From Takakia lepidozioides (lineage: Eukaryota; Plantae; Bryophyta), in contig CM060734.1 of NCBI GenBank assembly GCA_030704615.1, positions 59,272,001-59,336,000 on the forward strand: a DNA stretch of 64,000 nt, written 5' to 3'. The notes below the pieces were generated by a model that saw only the letters and a list, made by a program, of their open reading frames with translations, was not told the origin of the DNA and did no database searches. Position 1 is the first letter of the stretch; each line of letters begins with the position of its first letter. Made by a program: the position numbers and the translations under genes. Positions 13,401-24,220 of the stretch are shown piece by piece.

Positions 13401-15305
13401 GAAAGCGATACAACTGCTTGCTCTCCAAAGACCCCCAATGGTGACTGGAAGAGTGTGTGTGCACAGGAGAATGGAGGGCACCCACAGGTAGGAGGCAGTC
13501 CATCTAGGGGCCAGCCTTTGGCATACCGAGCAGCCCAAGACTCTCTGCGAATTGATGGAGTAGGTCTCTGTCATACAAACGGTGACAGCATTGGGTCATA
13601 TTCTCCTGAGAAGCTCAGGGCTCCAAGAACCCAATGGTCTGGGGATAGTACCTGCTCAGGGAGGATAAGCTCCAGCAGCCAAGACCAGTCTACTTGTTGT
13701 GGGCATACAGTAACTGGTCCATCTCCGCCTGGGGTTCTGGGGCTCAAAAGTGCAACACCCTCGAGGCATAGACGGAGGCCCCGGTCGGCAGAGAGCCGGC
13801 AGCGCCAGTGGTCACGCGAAAAGGATGGGAGTACAACTGGAGTTGATGCCGGAAGTGAAGGGAGCGATAGTGCAGACTCTGACCACTGCTGGCATGAATC
13901 TCAAGAAAGTCATCATTTAGGCAGTGTCCAGGAAAGCTCTCATCAGGCAATCGACAATGAATTGCTTCGCAGGGTAAATCACCTAGGCTCACTGATTGCT
14001 GACTATTTGACCATTGTTTTGTGTTCTTTTCAAGGGAATTTTGCATTGTCCTTGCATTGGCATGCACATGATCATTTTCATCATTCTTCTGACTGCCTTT
14101 CACAGGCGTCCTTTGGGAGGAAATTCCTGACATGCAAGGCACACTAGACACTACATAATAGACCGTAATTGGACCCACCCCTCAACTAGGACTTCTTGCT
14201 AAGAGAGCAAATGTTGGGGGTGCAGTTATGGCAGCAAGCAACTTCTTATGGGGACTGGTTGTTTCTTAGTGCACCAACACAATTTAATAAAATAATCACC
14301 AGCTTTGTGGGGTGTCCTAACAGGTTGTATTTTGTTGTGCAAGCCAGACTCTGGTTTACCAATTCACCTTCTATTTGTATAGTTGACACCTTATCACACA
14401 CTAGGACCGGATGTCCTCTTAGTGGGCATTGATTGGGCACCAAGCATGCACTAGGAATGCTTGGAGACCTCTTTCACTGGATTTTCCTAGCATGTAGGGT
14501 TGATGACAGTTCTCTCCTTCAATTAAAACTGTAACTTTTCTCTTGTCAATCATATGTTGCAGATATTTGTCAGTTTTTGTATGTGAGTACAATATGTTGG
14601 ATACCTGTGCATAAGTCAGTCCTCTTGGAGCTCTTGGCATGTTTCAATTTTGCTCCCTTTCTGGAGTACATCTTGTTGGATGAACTGTTGGAGCTGCTGC
14701 ACCCAGAGATACTGAAGCTCCTGTTGTTGTTTGCATATCTGCAGGAATTATCACGTCTAGACAGTGAGCTCCAGGATCTCAAACGAGGTATTGACCGAAG
14801 CACTTCAACTTTGATCATCAACAGTGCCAAAGCACATACAGCACCTGCGGATATTATGGATTCAAAGGACTTGAGACACCAATCAGTGCCTGGCGACAAC
14901 ATGGATGCAAAGGATTTGAGACGTCCAGCTAATCGGAACAGCACTCCTTCATTCAATGGTACCAAAATGTTTTCAAATGGGTTCTCTGCCCCTGCTGCAA
15001 CCCTTATCAACAGCCCACATGGTAATGGAGGCAGTCATTGTCATACCCACCCCCTCCTCTCTGTGTCGGGCATGCCGCCAGTCCCTGAAGGCCGTCTATG
15101 GAAGCTCGGAACTTCTGAAACAGGATTCGTGTCGGCAGAGGTGACTCCATTGAAAGGGATTCTTGGTACAGCAGACTTAAACGATGGGCACAATGTTCTT
15201 GGTAGCGATTACAAGGGTTTGGTTGAGCGCCGCAGGTTGAAGTTTGATCATTCCCCAGGGGGCACAAGGCAACTGTGGCAAAAGAACATGACTGAGTGGA
15301 AGTAA
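4440..15305 (+). CDS. KIN8B: Kinesin-8 family motor protein (plant kinesin-8B type), 16 coding exons, ~1027 aa
   Basis: GT-AG exons 4440-4490, 5298-5375, 5594-5710, 6091-6179, 6559-6703, 7166-7261, 8221-8312, 8649-8750, 9353-9499, 9915-10065, 10444-10506, 11217-11456, 11954-12064, 12410-12523, 13047-13973 and 14745-15305 splice in frame (3084 nt). Motifs: VAVRCRPL, P-loop [18 protein letters not shown], switch I NATSSRSH, switch [34 protein letters not shown]. The N-terminus ([24 protein letters not shown]...[17 protein letters not shown]) resembles Arabidopsis KIN8B as I recall it. Confidence 0.93.
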
Positions 15306-16990
15306 CAGGGCTGTAGTGCAGCAAAATGAACTTATTTGGTGCTCACTTAACAAGCAATCTGGCTAGACACTTATTCACAGGGTTTGTGCATGGCCAGATC
15401 GTTGGAAGTGTCCCAAGTTCATCTCATTTAATTTTGTGGGCTCTGGTGGCATTGTGAGGTTGCATGAAGCTTGCTTCCAGATGGGAACATCCCAGTATCA
15501 TGAGGTTACTGGCTCGGACCATGCCAGTGTATGAGGAATGTTCAGTAATCTCAAATGCTACACCACTGATGTTTGTCCCCTGGACATCACAGAGGTTGCC
15601 TTTGGCAGAGAGTGGATCATCCTGATATACTCTGGGTGCAGCCAGCGGATGGGCCATGCTCCAACTTTTATACGGAGGATTGATTTTTCAAGGATGAACC
15701 TGCCCTCCTCAGCAGGGGGGAATGCTCGCAGATCTCTTGGAATGATGCCCACCTAAGGTCCACTGACGGAATAATCACAAGTGATCATGGGTGGGCAAGC
15801 CTTAGGATGCCTGATGGACTTTCTCAAGTGGATTAGTCAGTCCGCCAGTCAAGTTAATACTCAAGAAAGGGATCTGAGAACATTCACCACATGTAACAAT
15901 GTTCCAAGGCAAGTTGCCTCCAAAACCTTCGATGTGGATCCATGTGTGTTTATGGGTTTTTGTGCACTGATCACCTTGAAGCTACCAAACATATGATGAA
16001 TCCTATGTGATCCCAGCTAAATGATTCCTTACTGGGCTTGCCCAAACCTACCCACATCTGAACCAAAACATGGAAACCCCTTGTGTATGTGTGTGAGAAT
16101 ATCTATAACCATATATTGTCTATATTTCCTCTTGATAGAGCCCACCCCCGGCCAGGGCAGTAGTTGCAGGTTGAAGTGGCTCTTAGTTATGCAGGCTTTG
16201 TCCTCTCTCACCATTTCCTCTTCTCTCTCTTGAGAGAGAACAAGGCAGAACATAATTGTGTTGCAGTAAAACAAATTGGGGTTTGCGGTTTCCAATGGAA
16301 TGCCTGCGAAAGAGAGGTGGGCACTGAGTGCGCACCTCTCACGCCTCGGTGCCCCTGCTCACATGAGCAGAAGAGGATATGCCGCATATTTCAAAAGTAT
16401 TCTCAAAAAATACTTTAGCGAAATTAAAACGTGCTCATGCCAAACAAAATGCAAAACATTTGGAAATTTTTGCTCACATGAGTACAAGCCACACGAACTT
16501 GGGGCATATGGAATTTCCTGGCAGTACCATCTCCATCAACAATCTTCGTTGATTAATAGTTGCATATTTAATCATATGATATTGACGCTCGCAGGAATCA
16601 CCAATATGCGAAACTAGACACAATTCATTTCATTCCGCCCACGAAAGTGTGGGTAATGACCTACCGCACTAAGTGCGTAACAATTCGTTAGCGAACTAAA
16701 ACAACCTCACGTCATCTCATTATATGCAAAACCAAACACAACTCATTTTGTTTCACCCACGGAACCATTGGATAATGACCTACGCAACGATACCTTGAAA
16801 TTTCGCTGGCGCAACCTGTTGTTTGCCTCATTATATTATCAATTATTGTTTGGTATTTATGTGTTTTGGATGGTGTTGGTTATTGTGACTTTGTGTTTCC
16901 CTAATGTGTTATTCTGTTGTAGGATACCAACGCTGTAAATATTTGGAACTTTGAGCTTGTAGATATACATTAGGGGTGCCTATTTTGCAT

Positions 16991-17008
16991 TAGGGTTTAG
17001 GGTTTAGG
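16991..17008. repeat. Short interstitial plant telomere-type motif (TTTAGGG-like, ~2.5 units)
   Basis: TAGGGTTTAGGGTTTAGG, at the edge of an AT-rich repetitive tract (~16.3-17.1 kb) that also holds a ~118-bp duplication (~16608 and ~16726). Confidence 0.6.
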
Positions 17009-17829
17009 AACAGAATTAGGCACGGAAATAAGCACATAAACCCCTATTTCGCGTTTAGGAACCCTATTCGCGTGTATTCTATTTCCGTGGAAACATGGGT
17101 ATCCTATTGCCGTATTACCCCTTCTAAACTTTTGGATGAGAAACACCTTCTATTGTTGTGTCGACTGAGAGATGATAAGACCTAATTTCTATCCGTCATC
17201 GCTCTCTGCCATCAAGCAGTAGTTGCATAGAGAACCAACTAGAGGCGCCAGTCACTCCAAATTTATCCATGGCGGATCTAAACCGGACGCAGCAACGCAC
17301 GCTCGTGCCGGACACTCCCACTCCTCACACAACATGTGTGGTAGAGGAGGGCCCACCAGCATCATGGTGAGGGGTAGGGCAACCCTATGCTCCAAGGTGG
17401 TGGCCCTCTCCCTAACCATGGTATAACAAGGGGAAATATTAGTGGTGGGCCTTTCACTCTTTTCACTACAGCCCTAGAGAGTGGTGCAAAAGGAGCTAAC
17501 ACTAGTGGTGAACCCTCCCACTCTACCTACAGTAGCCTTAATCTTGGTAGAAGATAAAGCAATGCTGATGGTAGGCTTCCCACTCTACTCTAGGCCACAA
17601 CTCTAAAGGAGTAATGCCCGGTAGCCCTAAGCGAGGCACAACAACAACAAATCAGGGTGTTGGTGGGCTCTCCCACTCTCCCCAAAGCCACACCAACGGC
17701 AACGTCTACAATCGATTGTCCCCAAACCCTTCCCCAAATCGGCTTTCAAATACGCGGCGGCCTCCCACAGAGGCTTACCTCTCCACTTGGCTCGCCACCT
17801 CCTTCTCGACAGCGGACACGTTTACCTGA

Positions 17830-19887
17830 ACAGACAATTCGGTCTTTTGCCCCATCTCATCTCCCACCACCAGCACCACCATCGAAATATCAACCAAACC
17901 GAGTGCCTTGTCTAGGTTGTGGTCAGATGTTTGCCCGTATCAGTGGTTTTGCACGTCATCAACATATGTATTCTATGTCCCATCAGTCTTCTCCAGATGG
18001 TCATATACCTATCCCTTTAGCTGTTCCTTCTACTCATGCCTCATAGTGGATTGGGACTCGTGATGTTTTGGGAGCGTTTCATTTAGGTTTGTCCTGTCCC
18101 CGAACGGCTCTATATATACACGCATTCCAACTTCGAAGGGAGATACAACAAGTTGTTTGCTTACCTTTAATTTGGACCGCCTTGCTCTGGACCCTTACGA
18201 CATTGGTGCCAAGGCTGGAGCGACTAAGGCCCAACTACCCAAGAAGGCAGCAGGGCGATTTTTTACTGTGGATAATAAGCCCCCTCCTCCAAAAAATATA
18301 GGGATGATAGCTTGATGACATGCCAAGGAGCCCTGTCGAATACACCTGGTCCACCTAATAAACAACCAAAAATTCCCATGACAATTGTATCAAAAGAAGA
18401 TTGAAGCTCCAAAAATTGGGGACTAAGGAAGAAATTACAACTCAAGAGATATGAAGGTCGGTGTAAAAAGCATTTGGTGAGAAAGCCATGAGCTACCTAT
18501 ATATCCTCTAGTTGAGAAAGAAGTTCTATATTATGGCCGGTATCATGTAGCACGACGACTTGGAGGAAAGAGGTTGCCATAAGGGATAATACCAAAAGAA
18601 ACACCTAACACTCGAATACCGTCAAATGGTGCTAGAAAGCCAGTAGGGGGCACAAAATTTGAAGCCAGACTAGAGGGCACGACCAAACTGTGGATTTGCG
18701 GGGTTGAACAGTGAGCCCTAGGGAGTGGAGTTGGGTAGCAAAGTAATGGAAAGCCAAGATGAGGGCCGGTGATGTGAGATTCTCGGAAGTGGGCAAAAAC
18801 AAAAGGAGGTCCCCCTAATGGATCACCTTGATACGTTCCAGCTACTTCTGACTAAATTATTGAATTATTGTAAGCTCTCAAGTATGGGCATGATGACTGT
18901 GTATAGCAAAGGAGTGGATAAAGCATACAACATTGATCTCACAAAGGGAATGAGTTGATGGAATGTGCCGCCGGCTGATTGCAATTCCTAAAATATTGTT
19001 GTTCAGAAAATTGTTTTGAAGGCGTTGATAACATCCACCTAAATGACAACCCACTCTGGATGAAGGTCAAATGAAGCCCAAATCTCATGTACCACTGTTT
19101 CACAAGCTCCTAGGGTATCGCCCCCAAACTGATGCTGAGAGAAGTGAGAAGAAAAAACATCCCGCTGGGCGCGCGTCTCTCGATTGTCCGGATTCATCAC
19201 CACATGGAGGCAGAACTAGACATCATTGAGAGATAAACAGAAAAAGGTGGTGCCAAACGTGCCATTTCCTCATGGATTTGGACGTTGTAATGAACAAAGA
19301 GTGTAAGCACACAAAAAGATGCAATACATCTAAACCTATCCCCTCGTGATGCATGCAACCAGAGCCGCATCGCAGATTGCTTTGTGGGTAAGCTTGGGGC
19401 TGTTTTGCAAGAACACTAGCTGCTGTTGCAACACTTGGAGCTTTAAACTGAAACGATCTCTTGGGGAGGGGGCATGATAGAAATCGTAGGCTCAAACGTG
19501 CCATGTTGTCCACTAACTTCAAGGCCATCCATTGTGAGCTAACAAAAAGGTGAATATGCAGAGTATCAGTCATTTGATTACAGCTGTGCCATGTCAATCA
19601 TGTAAGTTCTCTTTGCCCTTCCAGCAACATCTCATTCAATGAGGGATCTCCTCCCAATACAAACACGAGCTTGTCTGCCACCTTTCGAACAGTTAGTCAC
19701 TCAAGGTCTGGAGCACTTACGGGATACCATCATGGAACGCGTGCATCGGCACTCCTTTTCCAACATGCTTTCCAATGCTCCTACAGATACAAATCGGCCC
19801 AGGCTATGTCATCTGCTGTATTTATCACCTCCCTTCGAGTTAGACTTGGTCTTCCGCATCCCTCTGTGCTAGGACTACAACGGTATG
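17830..19887 (+). mobile_element. 5' and central part of a decayed CRE-type (restriction-like endonuclease) non-LTR retrotransposon; RT core inverted
   Basis: A C2H2-like finger (CLGCGQMFARISGFARHQH) lies on + at ~17907. RT motifs lie on - at ~18210-19595 (HFSQHQFG, DLHPEWVVI*VDVINAF, QGDPLGGP, AAFLGSWALVAPA). The + strand resumes at ~19600 with PFQQHL..LPPFEQL..LRVRLGLPHPSVLGLQRY. The 5' boundary is uncertain. Confidence 0.75.
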
Positions 19888-20711
19888 GGTAAAAATCGCG
19901 AAACCGATGTGGGAGTCAGGGAGGGCGGAGCTCCGCTCTCCCACCACCAACCACAACTAAATCTGGCAGTCATGACTAATATTTAGGGATCTGCCATCTT
20001 ACCGGTCCTGTAGTCTCATTTTTCTCAATTTTTAGCAATGTCGCTACTCTAACCCTTACTTTCTTCTAGCTACGGCAGCCGCCATGGCGCGAGCTCCAGC
20101 TCGTCGCGCAGCTGCCTTGCTGCTCTTCTTCCTTCTACCTGCTCAGAAAGATCAACCTCTTTTCAAAGCTCCGTTTAAGCTATCTTTCCATAGTTCTCTC
20201 TTGTTGTTTTCTTATCCTCTTATTTTCAATGGTTGTTCACAATCGGCTGTCCACCCGTCTGCATGCTCAACCCACGTCCCAGGAGTCCTCTGTGTGCTAC
20301 GACACCAAGCTACTCAGTTGGGATATCTCCCATCCCCCCTCTCTGTATCAAGCTTGGAGCCCCGCTTCGATTGATCTCCCTAAGGCGACACATCTTTACC
20401 ATCGACCACTTCAAGCTGCCAGTGAGCGTGCTTAGCCTTCTTGCACCGAGTGCTACCTACTTTTTGGCTCACGACAGCGCCTTGGCGAGCTTGGAGGCTT
20501 CACCCCTATCTTTGGCGCCCTTCTGACCTTCAACCGACGAATCTGACTTCAGAGGCTACCTGCGTGAGGAGTTGGAGCTCGATCACCGTAGCTTCCCTCA
20601 CCTCACACCACCTCCAACTAGCTACATGTTGTAATACCAAGGCGACATCCCTTTGGGCGAGGCCTATGGCCGCGTATAGGGTAGAGTCGGCCAACGCGGC
20701 CCGTTCACTGG

Positions 20712-20997
20712 CGTTAAAAGCAGGTGTGGCGGATTCTCGCCGCTACGTGGCGCAATATGATTGAGGTTCGATTATCCCATATCGATTGCCCAGATTCAGA
20801 GCCCCCGAGAGGATATAAACGGGGCGAGCCTCAAGGGAAGATGGGTCGGTTAATGGCTGATGACATGGGCCTCGGTGGTAGGTCTGCCGTCGTCTGTGCT
20901 TTAATCGGCCATCCCTGCCGATTCTGCCCTGGGTGGCCGATTCGGCCTGAGAATTAGGCCGAAAAAGTGGCAGAATCCGCCACACCTGCTTTTAACG
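20712..20997. mobile_element. 286-bp MITE-like unit with 26-bp perfect terminal inverted repeats
   Basis: CGTTAAAAGCAGGTGTGGCGGATTCT (20712-20737) is the exact reverse complement of 20972-20997. Internal hairpin TTCGGCCT..AGGCCGAA at 20941-20963. No outer direct TSD seen. Confidence 0.6.
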
Positions 20998-21050
20998 GAT
21001 GTTTCAGGAGCTCCCCTACTTATAAACGACTCCTAATTACCAGGAACGTT

Positions 21051-22900
21051 GGAATTGTACCAACTTTCACTCTGAACAATACCCTGGTGGACTTGTATGC
21101 AAAATGTGGGTGCATTGAGGATGCACAGGGAATGTTTGACACTATGGCTAAACAAGATACGGTGTCGTGGAATGCGAGGCTTGAAGATTCTGCTGCAGCT
21201 GTACCAAATGTCATTCTGCAAACTACCCTGGCAGATTTGGACAAGGGCAATGAGGCCCATGGCGACATCTACAGAGCTGGAATTGTACCAACTGTCACTC
21301 TGAACAATACCCTGTCGGACATGTATGCAAAATGCGGGTGCATCGTGGATGCAAAGGGAGTGTTTGACACTATGGTTGAACGAGATATGGTATCGTGGAA
21401 TGTGATGCTTAAAGATTTTGCTATAGTTGTACCAAATGTCACTCTGCACACTGCCCTGGCAGACCTGGAAATGGGCAACGAGGTCCATGGAGACATCTTC
21501 AGAGCTGGAATTGTACCAACTGTCATGCTGAATAATACCCTGATGGACATGTATGCAAAATGTGGATGCATCGAGGATGCAAAGGGAATGTTTAAACTCT
21601 ATGGTTGAACATGATTTGGTGTCGTGGAATGCGAAGCCTGCAGGTGTTGCTGTAGTTGTACCAAATGTCACTCTACATCCTGCCCTAGCAGATCTGGGAA
21701 AGGGCAAAGAGGTCCATGGCGACATCTTCAGAGCTGAAATTGTACCAACTGTCACTCTGAACAATACCCTGGTGGACATGTATGCAAAATGTGGGTGCAT
21801 CGAGGATGCAAAGGGAGTGTTTGACACTATGGCTGAACGGATCTGGTGTCGTGGAATGCGGTGCCTGCAGGTGTTGCTGTCGTTGTACCAAATGTCACTC
21901 TACACACTGCCCTGGCCGATCTGGGAAAGGGCAAAGAGGCCCACGGCGACATCTTCAGAGCTGAAATTGTGCCAACTGTCACTCTGAACAATACCCTGGT
22001 GGACATGTATACAAAATGTGGGTGCATCGAGGATGCTAAGGGAGTGTTTGACACTATGGCTGAACGTGATTTGGTGCCGTGGAATGCCATGCCTGCAGGT
22101 GGTGCTGTAGTTGTTCCAAATGCCACTCTACACACTGCCCTGGCAGATCTGGGAAAGGGCAAGTGGTCCATGGTGACATCTTCAGAGCTGGACTCAGTAT
22201 GTGTACCACTCTTCCAGCCCTAGGAAAGGACAAATGTGTCCATGCTGACATAATCAAAGCTGGAATCTAACCTGATATCAGTCTGAAGACTGCCCTTGCT
22301 GATATGTATGCCAGTGATCATCAGCTCCACCTGGAGGCTCAACCTCTTGTCATTGATTCTCATTATGCTTATGGCCCTATAAGCAAAGATCTTCTTGCTG
22401 ATTTATCCTTGCCTCTGCACCAGAAGCGGCAGGCCAGGTTGAATGGCCATGTCAAAGCTGGAATTGTTGTGGAGACCTATGATCAAATGATGGGGGAAGG
22501 GGTGCAGCCCAACCACATCACGTGTGTGTGCATTTGCCATGCTTGTGCAAGCCTGGCAGCCCTGGAGAAGCGCAAAGATGTGCATGTTGACATCATCAAA
22601 GCTGGAGTGGTACCAAATGTTGTCTCCAGCCTCAAACTTGCACATAAGCTGCCAGGTATGTACACGTTCCCTGAATTATCAGGCATGGAGCTTCATGTTG
22701 TTATCATCAAAGTTGGCATTATGCAAATTGTCAATCTGAAGACTGCCCTCTCTACCATGTATGCCAAATGCGGGAACTTGAATGATGCAAGCCATGTGTT
22801 TGATGACACGCTTAAATGAGCTGGGTTCTCATGGAGTACAATGATAGCTGGATATGCTGAAAATGGATGCGGTACAGTGGCTTTCTGGAAGGCCCTTGAT
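21051..22900 (+). pseudogene. PLS-class pentatricopeptide repeat (PPR) gene fragments: five tandem 228-bp units followed by degenerate P-L-S motifs
   Basis: The unit [42 protein letters not shown]...LGKGKEVHGDIFRA starts at 21051, 21279, 21507, 21736 and 21963 (periods 228, 228, 229, 227, 227). Downstream: MMGEGVQPNHITCVCICHACASLAALEK and TALSTMYAKCGNLNDASHVFD..*..SWSTMIAGYAENG. Frameshifts and stops are present. Confidence 0.85.
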
Positions 22901-23619
22901 AGAATTTCTTACAACTTATGAGCTCGCTCACATGAAGCTGATGGGGCAGCTACTTGATCGTGGTGTTATATTGAGAGATCGCAATAACTCGGTTCTACTG
23001 TCTCCCATCCTGTTCCATGTATGTCCCTCCCCAAGTTCTCATTATGCTTATGGCCTCTTGCTATGCATAACTGATGCCTATACAATGCAACCTCCCCCTC
23101 CTCTGTTTTCTGCCCCAGAGACCTATGCCCTGAATGCTGGCAATGAGGCCCTTTTAAATGCACATAGCCAGGATTATGAACAGCCAGCAACATTACATAG
23201 CCATACAAGCCCTTACTGGGATATGACTCGACTAGTCTTGAACAAGCACATTCTTGCTGAGGTAGGCTCCTGACGAAATGAACCTGGACAGGTCATGGTC
23301 GCATGCCATGCTAGTGCAAAAGACTGTGATATGAGCGGGGTTTGTGTCATCAAAATCTGCCTCCACATTCGAGACACTATCTCCAGCATTTGTCAAGGCC
23401 TACCTAAACCCAAGGCTGCAAAAAGGTGGCCCAGCTTACTAAAGAAGGCCGGGGCCTGCACTGATCGGCCTTTGTCTATGATGAGAGCAAGGATTCAAGC
23501 AATGAAGCAGCAGCATAAAGATCAAATATGCCACAGATCCGGACTGGGAGAGGTAGTTTGGAGAAGTGGGAGGGTAATTGCCCTGATCACGGTGCCGGCC
23601 ATTTATGCCCCTATGTGCT

Positions 23620-24220
23620 GGATATATCAGCCAACACGTGACTACCTACATGTAACTCTCCATCATGCACCAACACCGCAAGTCAGACCATCCAGGGAAG
23701 TCCCCTTACATGCTCTGTGTGCTGCCAACTTTACCACCCACTCCTATTGTCGAATGCCACTGTATGTGCTTGATACTTATAACATGAAATCTCAAACTCC
23801 ACATTTCTATGTTCCAGGAGCCTATACCTCCAATGCTAACATTATCCTGTCGACATCTGATATGACAACTATTGTTGTTTATGCGTCTATGCAGTCAACC
23901 ATTTCTGCCACCAAGTGCTGCAAATATCCGCCAACAATCACCAATATGCCTACAACTCTCCAGCCTGCACCAACACCACAAGACATGCCATCCAGGGAAG
24001 TGACCTTACATGCTCCATTTGCTCCCTACACTGCCCCTAACTATAGATGTCAACTGTTGTTGTTCGTACTTAATACTGGTCCCATGAAATCTCAAACTGC
24101 ACATCTCTATGTCCCACGAACCTACACCCTCAATGCTGCCATTATCTTTGTCAACTACTGGCTCCCTTTCCCTTCGCCTGAGAGAAAGCTACAACACTGC
24201 CATCTACCCTAATTTCTGGT
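23620..24220. repeat. ~300-bp tandem duplication inside the Dualen-like insertion
   Basis: ACTCTCCA...TGCACCAACACC.CAAG...CCATCCAGGGAAGT..CCTTACATGCTC at ~23655 and ~23955. ATGAAATCTCAAACT.CACAT.TCTATGT at ~23783 and ~24083. Confidence 0.75.

Noticed and set aside
16991-17008. True telomere or chromosome-fusion scar
   Set aside because: Only ~2.5 units; such short motifs are common in plant repeats and promoters.
21051-22190. Regular repeat array as a CRISPR-like locus
   Set aside because: The units are contiguous 228-bp PPR-coding repeats with no unique spacers; the context is eukaryotic and there are no cas genes.
22900-23600. E/DYW deaminase domain after the PPR motifs
   Set aside because: No HSE, CxxCH or DYW motifs are recognisable in the frames I could read.
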